A stretch of DNA of 64,000 bases. Source: Geminicoccus sp. GTDB taxonomy: Bacteria > Pseudomonadota > Alphaproteobacteria > UBA7985. Both the position numbers and the translations under genes were made by a program. The DNA lies in the NCBI GenBank assembly GCA_002708995.1, contig PAPT01000016.1, positions 39,892 to 103,891 of the forward strand, in the 5' to 3' direction. Under the pieces are notes generated by a model. It made no database searches, was not told where the DNA came from, and saw only the letters and a program-made list of their open reading frames with translations. Positions 1-9,864 of the stretch are shown here, piece after piece. Within the stretch, counting starts at the first letter, position 1. Each line of letters begins with the position of its first letter.

Positions 1-2
1 GA

Positions 3-671
3 TCAGAGCGTTGGCACGTGTCCGGCTGCCGTTATGAGAGCGGCGAACGGGAGAAATCTAGCACTGACACGGCGCAGTATCCGGACCGGGCCCGGCCGGT
101 CGAAGACAAAGGGAAGCCGCCCGCTGAAGTATGCATAGGCCAGCGCATTCATCCCCCCGAGCCCCACGAACAGCAGTCCATAGACCGTGACCTGTCCCCA
201 ATAGGGCGGATCAGCAGCGACAAACTGCTGAATGAAGGCGAGGAAGAAGACGATCCCCTTCGGATTAAGGGCAGTCACAATAAAGGTCTGGCGAAAAACC
301 TGCGCCAAATCCGTCCGTGCCGCCGTGTCAGTCGCGGCGTGGGTCGCGGTGCGCAGGTCGAGGGTCAAGGCATCGTCAGCCGCGTTGCTCGCCCGCCAGA
401 CCCCGTAGGCCAGCCACAGCAGGTAAGCCACCCCGCACCACTTGATGATGTCGAAGGCCAGCGGGCTGGCCGCCAGTACCGCCCGGACCCCAGTCAGGCA
501 CAGCGTCACCGCCAACCCGTCACCCAGCACCACCCCGGCCGTGCTCGCCCCAGCGGCTCGTGGGCTCAGTCGCAGGCCATAGCTGACCACGGTCAGCACC
601 GTCGGCCCGGGGATCAGCAGCACAAATACAGCAGTAAGGGTAAAGGCCAGCAGCAGCCCGGCATCGACCAT
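3..671 (-). CDS. LysE/RhtB-family amino-acid exporter
   Basis: ORF 3..680. The N-terminus LLLAFTLTAVFVLLIPGPT and multiple hydrophobic segments are typical of the LysE family. ATG at 671 is preferred over GTG at 680 because GGGAG lies 8 nt upstream of it. Confidence 0.8.
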   Translation of the reverse strand: MVDAGLLLAFTLTAVFVLLIPGPTVLTVVSYGLRLSPRAAGASTAGVVLGDGLAVTLCLTGVRAVLAASPLAFDIIKWCGVAYLLWLAYGVWRASNAADDALTLDLRTATHAATDTAARTDLAQVFRQTFIVTALNPKGIVFFLAFIQQFVAADPPYWGQVTVYGLLFVGLGGMNALAYAYFSGRLPFVFDRPGPVRILRRVSARFLPFAALITAAGHVPTL

Positions 672-699
672 CGGGCACACTCCCAGTTAGTTCAGCCGT

Positions 700-1737
700 C
701 TATTCGGACTCGAATTCGAACAGATCGTCGTTGTCGGCGATGGCCTCGGCGATCCGGGCCTGGAAATCACCGGCCATAAGGTCGACCGAAACCCCGACAG
801 CGTTGGCAAAACCGATGGCGTCGGTGCCGCCGTGGGACTTCACGCAGATCCCGCCCAGCCCCAGAAACATGCCACCGTTGTAGGCGCGCGGGTCCAGACG
901 CTGGCGCAGGCGGTTCATCGCCGGCAGCGCCAGCAGATAACCCAGCCGGGAAAACACACCCGACTGGAAAGCCTCGCGCACCATACCGGAGATCAGCCGC
1001 CCTACCCCCTCGGTGGTCTTAAGCGCGACGTTACCAGTGAAGCCATCGGTGACCACCACATCAGTGGTGCCTGCTGAGATATCATCGGCTTCGATGAAGC
1101 CCCGGAATTCACCGGGCAGCTGGTCCTTTTCCCGGATCAGGTCGGCGGCCAGTTGCAGCACCTCGTGGCCCTTTTGCTCCTCCGAACCTATGTTGAGCAG
1201 GCCGATAGAAGGCTTGGACTTGCCGAATAGAAAGCGGGCGTAGAGCGCACCCATGATCGCAAACTGTAGCAGGTTGCGCTCGTCGCACTGGACGTTGGCG
1301 CCCAGATCCAGCACCACCGACATTCCCTTAGATGTCGGAAGCGGTGAGGCAATGGCCGGCCGGTCAACACCCGGAACCATCCGCAGCAGCACCTTGGCCA
1401 GCGCCATCAGCGCGCCGGTATTGCCCGCCGAGATCACCGCCTGTGCCTCGCCTTCCTTCACCGCCTCGATCGCTCGCCGCATGGAGCTGTCGCGCTTGCC
1501 CCCGCGCAGGGCGTTGGCCGGCTTGTCCTCGCCGGAGATGGCAACACTGCAGTGCGTGAATGTGTAGCGGTCTTCGAGCGCAGCAAACTGGCTGAGCAGC
1601 GGGCCGACCCGAGCTTCATCCCCGTAGATCAGAAAGTAAAGTTGCGGGTGTTTCTCAGCCGCCAGCGCGAGGCCGCCGATCACGATGCCCGGGGCGTCGT
1701 CACCCCCCATGGCATCAACCGCCAAGGTCAGACTCAT
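700..1737 (-). CDS. plsX: Phosphate acyltransferase PlsX
   Basis: ORF 700..1854 trimmed to the Met before SLTLAVDAMGGDDAPG, a canonical PlsX N-terminal motif. Homology is recognisable over the full length. Confidence 0.93.
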   Translation of the reverse strand: MSLTLAVDAMGGDDAPGIVIGGLALAAEKHPQLYFLIYGDEARVGPLLSQFAALEDRYTFTHCSVAISGEDKPANALRGGKRDSSMRRAIEAVKEGEAQAVISAGNTGALMALAKVLLRMVPGVDRPAIASPLPTSKGMSVVLDLGANVQCDERNLLQFAIMGALYARFLFGKSKPSIGLLNIGSEEQKGHEVLQLAADLIREKDQLPGEFRGFIEADDISAGTTDVVVTDGFTGNVALKTTEGVGRLISGMVREAFQSGVFSRLGYLLALPAMNRLRQRLDPRAYNGGMFLGLGGICVKSHGGTDAIGFANAVGVSVDLMAGDFQARIAEAIADNDDLFEFESE

Positions 1738-1837
1738 GCTTGTTGTCGCTCTCGTTCGCTGTTCGGGTGAGATAAGCACTGTCAACCGACCCATGGCAAG
1801 CACTGTTGGGCCGAAAATGTCCCCAGCCTGTGGACGT

Positions 1838-1869
1838 AAAAAAGGGGCTTTCACCCCGGTGAAAGCCCC
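1838..1869 (-). terminator. Rho-independent terminator downstream of rpmF
   Basis: On the minus strand: 11-bp perfect stem GGGGCTTTCAC/GTGAAAGCCCC (1844-1854 / 1859-1869), 4-nt loop, followed by six T (plus-strand A run 1838-1843). Confidence 0.8.
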
Positions 1870-1898
1870 TAATTCAGTGCCTTTAAGATCGCGCTACG

Positions 1899-2078
1899 TC
1901 AGGCGTCGACGGCGACAACTTCCTTGGCATCGTAGCAACCGCAAGACAGGCAAACGTGGTGCGGACGCTTCAGCTCACCGCAGTTCGTACACTCAGCGTG
2001 GTTGCCGTATGAAATAGCGTCGTGCGAGCGACGCATACCCCGGCGGGAGCGGCTAATTTTTGACTTTGGAACAGCCAT
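1899..2078 (-). CDS. rpmF: 50S ribosomal protein L32
   Basis: ORF 1899..2174 trimmed to [20 protein letters not shown], the conserved L32 N-terminus. Length is 59 aa. Confidence 0.95.
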   Translation of the reverse strand: MAVPKSKISRSRRGMRRSHDAISYGNHAECTNCGELKRPHHVCLSCGCYDAKEVVAVDA

Positions 2079-2234
2079 GGTCGTACATCCGAAAATGAGG
2101 CAGAAAGGGACGCGAGTGGTTACCCGGTCCGAACATAGTGAGGGGCTATAGACGACCCGGCGGCCCTCCGCCAACCCTTTTGTAGTACAAACCAGTCCTG
2201 CAGGCTCGCATGGCTGGTTCCGGGTCGCGTAAGG

Positions 2235-3224
2235 TCAGGCTCCCTCAGCCAGCAGTCCCGCGACCTTGAGCGCTCCGTAGGTCAGCACCCCGTCGGCCCC
2301 GGCGCGCTTGAACGAGAGCAGGGTCTCCAGCCACACCCGGTCGTGATCGAGCCAGCCGTTTTCCGCCGCTGCCATGATCGCCGCATACTCGCCGCTGACC
2401 TGATAGGCGAAGGTCGGCACGCCGAAGGTCTCTTTCACCCGGCACACCATATCCAGATAGGGCAGCCCCGGCTTGACCATGACCGCATCGGCGCCCTCCT
2501 CGATGTCCAGTTCGGCCTCGCGCAGCCCTTCGAGCGCGTTGGCCGTGTCCATCTGATAGGTCTTCTTATCGCCCTTGAGCGCGCCGCCGCTACCGATCGC
2601 ATCACGGAACGGGCCGTAGTAGGCGCTGGCGTACTTTACCGCGTAGGACATCAGGCCAACGTCGGTGAAACCCTCCGCATCCAGGGCGTCGCGAATGACG
2701 CCGATCCGGCCGTCCATCATATCCGACGGCGCGACGATATCGGTGCCGGCGCGCGCCAGCGACAGCGCCTGTTTCATCAAGGCTTCGATGGTTTCGTCAT
2801 TCACGATCCGGTCGCCCACCAGATAGCCGTCGTGTCCCTGCGGGTTATAGGGGTCGAGCGCCACGTCGGTGATCAGCCCCAGATCGGGAAAGGCCTGCTT
2901 CAGCCGCCCGACAGCGCGGTTGATCAGGTTATCCTCACGCCAGCTCTCGGCGCAGTCCGGCGTCTTCAGGGGCGCGTCGACTTCAGGGAACAGCGCCAGC
3001 GCAGGAATGCCCAAGGCCGATGCCTGCTCGGCGACCCGCAAGGCATCGTCGATGGTGTTGCGCGAGACCCCGGGCATGGAGGCCACGGGCGTGGACTGCG
3101 CCCCATCAGTCAGGAACAGCGGCAGGATCAGGTCGGCGGCTGTCACCCTGTTTTCCGCTACCAGCGACCGGATGAACGTGGAGGCACGGTTCCGGCGCAT
3201 TCGGGTTCGAGGGAAACTGGCCAT
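2235..3224 (-). CDS. hemB: Porphobilinogen synthase (delta-aminolevulinate dehydratase), Asp-rich (Zn-independent type) metal site
   Basis: 329-aa ORF with the active-site region MVKPGLPYLD. It has DVALDPYNPQGHDG where Zn-type enzymes carry a Cys-rich motif. Confidence 0.95.
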   Translation of the reverse strand: MASFPRTRMRRNRASTFIRSLVAENRVTAADLILPLFLTDGAQSTPVASMPGVSRNTIDDALRVAEQASALGIPALALFPEVDAPLKTPDCAESWREDNLINRAVGRLKQAFPDLGLITDVALDPYNPQGHDGYLVGDRIVNDETIEALMKQALSLARAGTDIVAPSDMMDGRIGVIRDALDAEGFTDVGLMSYAVKYASAYYGPFRDAIGSGGALKGDKKTYQMDTANALEGLREAELDIEEGADAVMVKPGLPYLDMVCRVKETFGVPTFAYQVSGEYAAIMAAAENGWLDHDRVWLETLLSFKRAGADGVLTYGALKVAGLLAEGA

Positions 3225-3392
3225 GCTGTTCTTCCTGGGTTAGCGGATGGGACTATCGTCCTATGTAGGCCCGGCGAACGCTGCCGGGAAGACCGGAATC
3301 GGGGCTCCTGCCCCGCTCTGGGCACCCGATCCGCCTTAGGAACTACAATTGCAGGATACCAAGATAAGCTTGGACAAGCCTGCGCTTTCGCC

Positions 3393-3419
3393 CCTGCCAA
3401 GCCTGCCAAGCCTGCCAAA
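3393..3419. repeat. 3 x 9-bp tandem repeat CCTGCCAAG/CCTGCCAAG/CCTGCCAAA
   Basis: Read directly at 3393-3401, 3402-3410 and 3411-3419, in the hemB / marR-like divergent spacer. Confidence 0.9.
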
Positions 3420-3679
3420 ACGGCTTGCATTATTATGAAAAATTAATTATTTTTTCGACACAATATGGATCTCAGGGGTCAAAAAAGTATAAACAACATT
3501 ATTTTGAACTTGATTAGAGACGATTTTCAGTCAATGCTTGTCCTAGGTAGTCAAAGTCGTTTCGCGCCTTCAGCGATGCATTTTCAACTTTGATTCCCGA
3601 CCCGTAGGCCACGGCCATCAGGGGGGGCGGGCTGAGCATCGCGTTGAGTTTTGCCGTCGTACGATCAAAGGGGACGACC

Positions 3680-4162
3680 ATGAATCAAGACTACCTGGAT
3701 ACCATTGCCGCCATCGAGCGGCTGCACCGCCGCTGCCTCGAAGTCATCAAAACTGAGCTCGACCGCTCGGGCGTCCGCGATATCAACAACATTCAGTCGC
3801 TGATCTTGTTCAACATCGGCGAGGAAGAGCTGACCGTGGGCGAGCTGACCCTGCGCGGCTGCTACCACGGCTCCAACGTTTCCTATAACCTGAAGAAGCT
3901 GGTGGACTTTGGCTACGTTTCTCACCGGCGCAGCGCCCATGACCGCCGGTCGTACCGTGTGAAGCTGACCGACAAGGGCGGCAAGATCCGGAAGCTGCTG
4001 GACGATATGTTTGCCCGCCACGCCGAGGCGCTGGAAAGCCTGAGCATCAGCGTCGACACGCTAGGGCAGGCCAACGACGTCCTGCTGCGGCTTGATCGGT
4101 TCTGGGCGTCGCAGTCAGACGCTTACGGTATATCAGACAAGGCCTTGAGCCGCGTGGCCTAA
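3680..4162 (+). CDS. MarR-family transcriptional regulator
   Basis: ORF 3644..4162 (TTG) trimmed to ATG 3680, which is preceded by AAAGGGGA. Winged-helix region TVGELTLRGCYHGSNVSYNLKKLVDFGYVSHRRSAHDRRSYRVKLTDKG. It sits upstream of rpiB-glyA, as in many alphaproteobacteria. Confidence 0.8.
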   Translation: MNQDYLDTIAAIERLHRRCLEVIKTELDRSGVRDINNIQSLILFNIGEEELTVGELTLRGCYHGSNVSYNLKKLVDFGYVSHRRSAHDRRSYRVKLTDKGGKIRKLLDDMFARHAEALESLSISVDTLGQANDVLLRLDRFWASQSDAYGISDKALSRVA

Positions 4163-4210
4163 TAGGCTTTCAAGTGGGCATCGAACCACCACCACCCAGC
4201 GGATTGAGTG

Positions 4211-4642
4211 ATGAAACTGTTCTTTGCCTCCGACCACGCCGGTCTGAACCTGCGGCGCGCTCTGCTTGAGCACGCAGCCGAGCTGGGTCATAGCGTGACC
4301 GACCTCGGCCCCACCGACGGTGAGTCGGTCGACTACCCCGACTTTGCGAACGCGCTGGCCGACGCGCTGGCCGACGACCCCGAAGCACAGGGGGTCGCCG
4401 TCTGCGGCTCCGGTATCGGCATCTCCATTGCGTTGAATCGTCACAGACACGTGCGGGCCGCCTTGGTTCGCGACGTCACCGGCGCTACTTTAGCTCGCAG
4501 GCACAACGACGCCAACGTGGTGGCCTTCGGCGAACGCCTGATCGGGATCGAAACAGCGAAGGACGCACTTGCGGCCTTTCTTGGTACGGCATTCGAGGGC
4601 GGTCGCCACGAACGCCGGGTCGCCAAACTCTCCTCCCGATAG
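4211..4642 (+). CDS. rpiB: Ribose-5-phosphate isomerase B
   Basis: MKLFFASDHAGLNLR... and GVAVCGSGIGISIALNR are typical RpiB/LacAB motifs. ATG 4211 lies one codon after GTG 4208. Confidence 0.92.
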   Translation: MKLFFASDHAGLNLRRALLEHAAELGHSVTDLGPTDGESVDYPDFANALADALADDPEAQGVAVCGSGIGISIALNRHRHVRAALVRDVTGATLARRHNDANVVAFGERLIGIETAKDALAAFLGTAFEGGRHERRVAKLSSR

Positions 4643-4772
4643 GGCCGGCAACGCCTCTGTTGCCCCGAGGTCTTCCGCTTTCGCGCAAATGAGGGGCGTT
4701 TTTGACATGCCCCAGCGCGCGAAATTGGTGCTTTTGTGTTCGCCATAGAGACAAATCTGGAGTTCTAACCTG

Positions 4773-6071
4773 ATGCCCGACGGTTCCCACACCACCGCCC
4801 TAGCCGATTTCTGGTCTGCCAGCGTCGGCGACACCGATCCAGCGCTGGCCGCATCCCTTTCGCAGGAGATGACGCGTCAGCAAACTCAGATCGAGCTGAT
4901 TGCGTCGGAAAACATCGTCTCCCGTGCCGTGCTTGAGGCACAGGGTTCGGTCCTGACCAACAAATACGCCGAAGGCTACGCCGGCCGCCGCTACTACGGG
5001 GGTTGCGAGTACGTCGACATTGCCGAGGAGCTGGCGGTCGAACGCGCCAAGGCGCTCTACGGCGCCGAATACGTCAACGTGCAGCCCCACTCCGGGGCAC
5101 AGGCTAACGGCGCGGTCATGCTGGCGACCATGGCGCCGGGCGACGCCTTCCTGGGCATGGACCTCGCCCATGGCGGTCACCTGTCCCACGGTGCGGCGCC
5201 GAACATCTCCGGTAAATGGTTCAACGCCGTGCACTACGGTGTGCGCCGTCAGGACGGCCTGATCGACTATGATCAGGCAGCCGAGCTCGCCGCCGAGCAA
5301 CAGCCCAAAGTCGTGATCGCGGGCGGCTCCGCCTACCCGCGCGAGATCGACTTCGCCAAGTTCCGTGAAATCGCCGACAGCGTCGGTGCGCTGCTCTGGG
5401 TCGACATGGCTCACTTCTCCGGCCTCGTCGCCGGGGGCGTGCACGCCAACCCGCTGGATCACGCGGATGTGGTGACCACCACGACCCACAAGACCCTGCG
5501 CGGCCCGCGCGGCGGCATGATCCTGACCAACGATATGGATCTGGCCAAGAAGTTCCGCTCGGCGGTTTTCCCGGGTCTGCAGGGCGGACCGCTGATGCAC
5601 GTCATCGCCGCCAAGGCCGTGGCCTTTGGTGAGGCGCTGCAGCCATCGTTCAAGGCCTACTGCCAGCAGGTGGTCGACAACGCGCAGGCGCTGGCCGGCC
5701 GACTGGTCGAGCACGGACTGGAAATCTCCACCGGCGGCACCGACACCCACCTGATGGTCGTCGACCTGACGCCCAAGGGTGTCACGGGCAAGGAAGCCGA
5801 AGACGCGCTGGAGCGTGCCGGCATCACCTGTAACAAGAACTCGATCCCCTTCGATCCGCTCAAGCCGACCATCACCTCGGGCATTCGTCTGGGTACCCCA
5901 GCGGCAACCACGCGCGGCTTCGGCACCACCGAATTCGAGCTGGTTGGCGACCTGATTGCCCGCGTGCTCGACGGCCTCGCTGAGAAGGGTGAAGAGGGCA
6001 ACGCCGAAACGGAGGCAGCCGTACGTCAGGACGTTCTGGACCTGTGCCAGCGCTTCCCGATCTACGGCTAG
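4773..6071 (+). CDS. glyA: Serine hydroxymethyltransferase
   Basis: 432 aa with the PLP-lysine motif [16 protein letters not shown]. Confidence 0.97.
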   Translation: MPDGSHTTALADFWSASVGDTDPALAASLSQEMTRQQTQIELIASENIVSRAVLEAQGSVLTNKYAEGYAGRRYYGGCEYVDIAEELAVERAKALYGAEYVNVQPHSGAQANGAVMLATMAPGDAFLGMDLAHGGHLSHGAAPNISGKWFNAVHYGVRRQDGLIDYDQAAELAAEQQPKVVIAGGSAYPREIDFAKFREIADSVGALLWVDMAHFSGLVAGGVHANPLDHADVVTTTTHKTLRGPRGGMILTNDMDLAKKFRSAVFPGLQGGPLMHVIAAKAVAFGEALQPSFKAYCQQVVDNAQALAGRLVEHGLEISTGGTDTHLMVVDLTPKGVTGKEAEDALERAGITCNKNSIPFDPLKPTITSGIRLGTPAATTRGFGTTEFELVGDLIARVLDGLAEKGEEGNAETEAAVRQDVLDLCQRFPIYG

Positions 6072-6083
6072 ACCGGGCCTGCC

Positions 6084-6542
6084 GTGCGCTGCCCGTTCTG
6101 CGGTAATGTCGATACGGCCGTAAAGGACAGCCGTCCGTCGGAAGACAACACGTCGATCCGACGGCGGCGGCAGTGCCCCGCCTGCAGCGGGCGGTTCACC
6201 ACCTTTGAGCGCGTGCAGCTGCGCGAGCTGACCGTGATCAAGACCAACGGCACCCGCGAGCCGTTTGACCGCGACAAGCTCGCCAAGTCTCTGATCATCG
6301 CCCTGCACAAGCGCCCGGTCGACAGTGAACGGATCGAGCGCATTGTCTCCAGCATCGTCCGCCGCCTCGAACACGGCGGTGAAGCCGATATTCCGACCCG
6401 TGAAATCGGGGAAATGGTCATGGAGGCGCTGAGCGAGCTGGATCAGGTCGCTTTCGTGCGCTTCGCCAGTGTCTACCGGAACTTCGAAGAAGCCCGCGAA
6501 TTTCAGGCGATCCTCGACGAGATGGGTGACCGCGGTGAGTAG
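6084..6542 (+). CDS. nrdR: Transcriptional repressor NrdR
   Basis: MRCPFCG...[17 protein letters not shown] zinc ribbon followed by an ATP-cone. GTG start. Confidence 0.95.
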   Translation: MRCPFCGNVDTAVKDSRPSEDNTSIRRRRQCPACSGRFTTFERVQLRELTVIKTNGTREPFDRDKLAKSLIIALHKRPVDSERIERIVSSIVRRLEHGGEADIPTREIGEMVMEALSELDQVAFVRFASVYRNFEEAREFQAILDEMGDRGE

Positions 6543-7548
6543 CGCCGAAATCATGCGGGTTGCCCTCGGCCGTGCCCGCCGGGGGCTGGGCCTCACCGGA
6601 CCCAATCCGACGGTCGGCTGCGTGATCCTCGATCCGCAGGGCCGGGTGGCCGGACAGGCCCGCACCGCCGACGGCGGCCGCCCCCATGCCGAGACGCAGG
6701 CGCTGGCGCAGGCCGGAGAACGGGCCAGGGGTGGCACCGCCATCGTGACGCTGGAGCCCTGCGCCCATGAGGGTGAGACCGGCCCCTGCGCCAACGCGCT
6801 GATCAGCGCCGGGATCGCCCACGCGGTCATCGCCACCACCGACCCCGACCCCCGCACCGCTGGCGCTGGTATCGAGCGCCTGCGCGCCGCAGGCATCAGC
6901 ACCGAAGTCGGGGTGCTGGAAGCCGAAGCCCGGGCGCTGAACGCCGGTTTCATCAAACGCGTGACCCAGGGTCTACCGCATCTGACGCTCAAGCTCGGTC
7001 TGTCGCTCGACGGCAAGATCGCGCTGGCCAACGGCGCCAGCCAATGGATCACGGGCGCCGAAGCGCGCCAGCGCGGCCACAGGCTGCGGGCGCAGGCAGA
7101 TTTCCTGCTGACCGGAGCCAAGACCGTGCTCAAGGACGAACCGCGTTTCACCGTCCGTATTGCCGGTATCTCAGGCGCTGACCCGGCCGTGGGTGTGGTC
7201 TACGACGCCGACCGCGCCGATCAGGACATTGTCGGCTGGGTCAACCAGCACCGGTCCGGCTGGCGGTTGTTGCCGGGCTGGGACTTCAGCGCCCATTTGC
7301 GCGCGCTGGCGGCCGAGGGCTACAACCGGGTTCTGGCCGAGGCCGGCGGCGGGGTTGCCCGCGCCCTGTTCGTCGAAGATCTGGTCGATGAAATCGTGGT
7401 ATTCCGGGCGGGCAAAGTGCTCGGGGGAGACGCCCGCGATGGGGTCGGCCTGTTCGGCTTTACCGATCTGGCGCAGGCCCCGCACTTCGGGCGGGTTGAC
7501 GTGCTGGCGCTGGGACCAGATGTGATGGAGGTCTGGCGACGCGCCTGA
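6535..7548 (+). CDS. ribD: Bifunctional riboflavin biosynthesis protein RibD (pyrimidine deaminase / uracil reductase)
   Basis: ORF 6469..7548. Deaminase Zn motifs HAETQAL and [15 protein letters not shown] 6535 overlaps the nrdR stop; ATG 6553 is an alternative start. Confidence 0.92.
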   Translation: MSSAEIMRVALGRARRGLGLTGPNPTVGCVILDPQGRVAGQARTADGGRPHAETQALAQAGERARGGTAIVTLEPCAHEGETGPCANALISAGIAHAVIATTDPDPRTAGAGIERLRAAGISTEVGVLEAEARALNAGFIKRVTQGLPHLTLKLGLSLDGKIALANGASQWITGAEARQRGHRLRAQADFLLTGAKTVLKDEPRFTVRIAGISGADPAVGVVYDADRADQDIVGWVNQHRSGWRLLPGWDFSAHLRALAAEGYNRVLAEAGGGVARALFVEDLVDEIVVFRAGKVLGGDARDGVGLFGFTDLAQAPHFGRVDVLALGPDVMEVWRRA

Positions 7549-7652
7549 GCCGGTGACGGCCCGGGCTTATGCCCGACCCCGACAAGCCCCCGACCGGAAC
7601 CCAAGCGGCGCTCTGGCCACCCCACAGCAAGACAGGGACACGACGAGAAACA

Positions 7653-8285
7653 ATGTTCACCGGGATCATCACCGACGTCGGCACTGTCGTCCACCGCGAG
7701 GATCGGGGCGATACCCTGTTCCGGGTCGAGACCGCCTACCCCGCCGAATGCATGGATATCGGTGCCAGCATCTGCTGCAACGGCGCCTGTATGACGGTGA
7801 TCGCCACCGGCCAGATCAGTGCGGCGCGGGCGACCTTCGATTTTGAGGCCAGCGCCGAGAGCCTCTCCAAAACCACCATGGCGGGCTGGATGCCCGGCCA
7901 GCGGCTCAACCTCGAACGCAGCCTGTCGCTGGGTGACGAGCTGGGCGGGCACCTGGTCTCCGGGCACGTCGATGCCGTTGCCGAAGTCATTGAGCGCGCG
8001 GCCGAGGGCGACAGCTGGCGCCTTACCATCCGCCCACCAGCCGAGCTGATGCCGTTCTTCGCGCCCAAGGGCTCAGTCGCCCTCGACGGCGTGTCACTGA
8101 CCATCAACGAAGTCGGTGCAGACAGCTTCGGAATCAACATGATCCCGCACACGCAGGCGGTGACGGCCTTCGCCGAGCTGGGCAACCGTCCCATTTCAGG
8201 CACGAGCCCTGCGCTGATCAACTTGGAAATTGACCAGCTGGCCCGCTATGTTCACCGCCAGCTCCAGTTCATCACGCGCACGTAG
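7653..8285 (+). CDS. ribE: Riboflavin synthase (alpha chain)
   Basis: ORF 7569..8285 trimmed to MFTGIITDVGTV, the canonical N-terminus. Two lumazine-binding repeats. Confidence 0.94.
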   Translation: MFTGIITDVGTVVHREDRGDTLFRVETAYPAECMDIGASICCNGACMTVIATGQISAARATFDFEASAESLSKTTMAGWMPGQRLNLERSLSLGDELGGHLVSGHVDAVAEVIERAAEGDSWRLTIRPPAELMPFFAPKGSVALDGVSLTINEVGADSFGINMIPHTQAVTAFAELGNRPISGTSPALINLEIDQLARYVHRQLQFITRT

Positions 8286-8295
8286 AGTCCTTTCC

Positions 8296-9375
8296 ATGGC
8301 CGTCGTCTTCAATCAGTTCAAATCGCCGATCGAGGAAATCATCGAAGAAGCCCGCAACGGCCGCATGTTCGTGCTGGTGGACGATGAAGACCGCGAAAAC
8401 GAGGGCGATATCGTCATCCCGGCGCAGATGGCGACCCCGGAAGTGATTAATTTCATGGCGACCCACGGTCGGGGCCTGATCTGCCTCGCCATGCCGCCCG
8501 CGCAGATTGCCCGGCTCGACCTGCCGCTCATGCCCCAGCGTCACGAAAGCCGCTTTGGCACCGCCTTCACCCTGTCCATCGAAGCCGCCACTGGCGTGAC
8601 CACGGGTATTTCAGCGCCGGACCGGGCGCGGACCATCGCCGTTGCCATCGATCCGCAAGTCGCCCCGGGCGACATCCAGACCCCGGGCCACGTCTTTCCG
8701 CTGCTCGCCCGCGAAAACGGCACCCTCGAGCGCACGGGCCACACCGAAGCGGCGGTCGATATCGCCCGCATGGCCGGGCTCAACGCCTCGGGCGTGATCT
8801 GTGAGATCATGAACGACGACGGCGAGATGGCACGCCGCGACGACCTCGTCGCCTTCTGCCAGCACCATGGGCTGAAGATGGGCACCATCGCCGACCTCGT
8901 GGCCTACCGCCTGAAGACCGAAAGCCTGATCGAGCGCACCGGTGAAGAAGCCTTTGCCACCGAATACGGCTCTGATTTCCGGCTGGTGACCTTCCGCGAA
9001 CCCGAAGACCCGGCCGCGCCGGAGATTCTGGCACTGGTCAAGGGCGAGATCAGCCCGGACGTGCCGACCCTGACCCGGGTGCACGCGCTCAACATGCGTC
9101 TGGACCTGCTCGGCGCCAACGGGGCCAGCAAGCTCCCGGCGGCCATCCGCGCGGTGGACAGCGAAGGCGCGGGCGTGATCGTCCTGATCAACTCGCCGGA
9201 CAGCATGGACCGACTGCCACCCGAGCAGGCGCTGCGGACCTACGGTCTGGGCGCGCAGGTGCTGCGCAGCCTCGGCGTCCGGGACATGACCCTGCTCTCC
9301 AACGCCAACCGCGAGCTGGTCGGGCTCGACGGCTTCGGCCTGCAGGTTGTGGGCTACCGCCCGCTGGACCTATAA
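8296..9375 (+). CDS. ribB: 3,4-dihydroxy-2-butanone-4-phosphate synthase fused to a degenerate GTP cyclohydrolase II-like domain (RibBX-type)
   Basis: ORF 8230..9375 trimmed to MAVVFNQF. The DHBP synthase motif VDDEDRENEGD is present. The C-terminal domain aligns to RibA but lacks the three Zn-ligand cysteines (RVHALNMRLDLLGANGASK in place of RVHSECLTGD...CDCG). Confidence 0.9.
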   Translation: MAVVFNQFKSPIEEIIEEARNGRMFVLVDDEDRENEGDIVIPAQMATPEVINFMATHGRGLICLAMPPAQIARLDLPLMPQRHESRFGTAFTLSIEAATGVTTGISAPDRARTIAVAIDPQVAPGDIQTPGHVFPLLARENGTLERTGHTEAAVDIARMAGLNASGVICEIMNDDGEMARRDDLVAFCQHHGLKMGTIADLVAYRLKTESLIERTGEEAFATEYGSDFRLVTFREPEDPAAPEILALVKGEISPDVPTLTRVHALNMRLDLLGANGASKLPAAIRAVDSEGAGVIVLINSPDSMDRLPPEQALRTYGLGAQVLRSLGVRDMTLLSNANRELVGLDGFGLQVVGYRPLDL

Positions 9376-9428
9376 GGCTGGTGGCAACACCCGACCCGAC
9401 CCTTATTTGCTGAGGAACCCGAGGCACC

Positions 9429-9863
9429 ATGGCTGACACCCCCCACCTGCTCATCGTTGAAGCGCCCTACTACACCGAGATTTCTGAAGCGCTGGGCGCC
9501 GGCGCTGAAGACTTTCTCCGCGCCGAGGGCGTCAGCTTTGAGCGCATTTCGGTCCCTGGCGCGCTGGAAATCCCGGCGGCGATCAAATTCGCCGCGCAGA
9601 GCGGTAAGTTTGACGGCTACGTCGCGCTGGGCTGCGTGATCCGGGGCGAGACCACCCACTACGACTACGTGTGCGCGGAAAGCGCCCACGGCCTGCAGGT
9701 GCTGGCCATGACGCTGGGCCTGTGCATTGGCAACGGCATCCTGACCACCGAGAACCGGGATCAGGCATGGGTCCGCGCCGACAAGGCCCAGAAGAACAAG
9801 GGCCGCGACGCCGCCGAGGCCGCCCTGTCGCTGGTCCGGCTCAAGCAGCAGTACGCATCCTGA
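9429..9863 (+). CDS. ribH: 6,7-dimethyl-8-ribityllumazine synthase
   Basis: 144 aa with VPGALEIP and GCVIRGETTHYDYV motifs. Confidence 0.94.
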   Translation: MADTPHLLIVEAPYYTEISEALGAGAEDFLRAEGVSFERISVPGALEIPAAIKFAAQSGKFDGYVALGCVIRGETTHYDYVCAESAHGLQVLAMTLGLCIGNGILTTENRDQAWVRADKAQKNKGRDAAEAALSLVRLKQQYAS

Positions 9864-9864
9864 T

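Noticed and set aside
3425-3600. AT-rich island as a horizontally acquired or mobile element
   Set aside because: It is only about 180 bp, with no integrase or transposase, no tRNA, and no terminal inverted or flanking direct repeats. It is more consistent with a divergent promoter and regulatory region.
4800-7151. 783-aa ORF on the minus strand spanning glyA, nrdR and ribD
   Set aside because: It lies antisense to three genes with unmistakable homology. Its composition is Arg/Ala/Gly/Pro-rich and junk-like. Long stop-free antisense frames are expected in high-GC DNA because stop codons are AT-rich.
7549-7652. FMN (RFN) riboswitch somewhere in the rib cluster (upstream of ribD, ribE, ribB or ribH)
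   Set aside because: All intergenic gaps in the cluster are short (0 to about 100 nt). None contains the conserved RFN core segments I would recognise, so the cluster appears to lack a cis FMN element.
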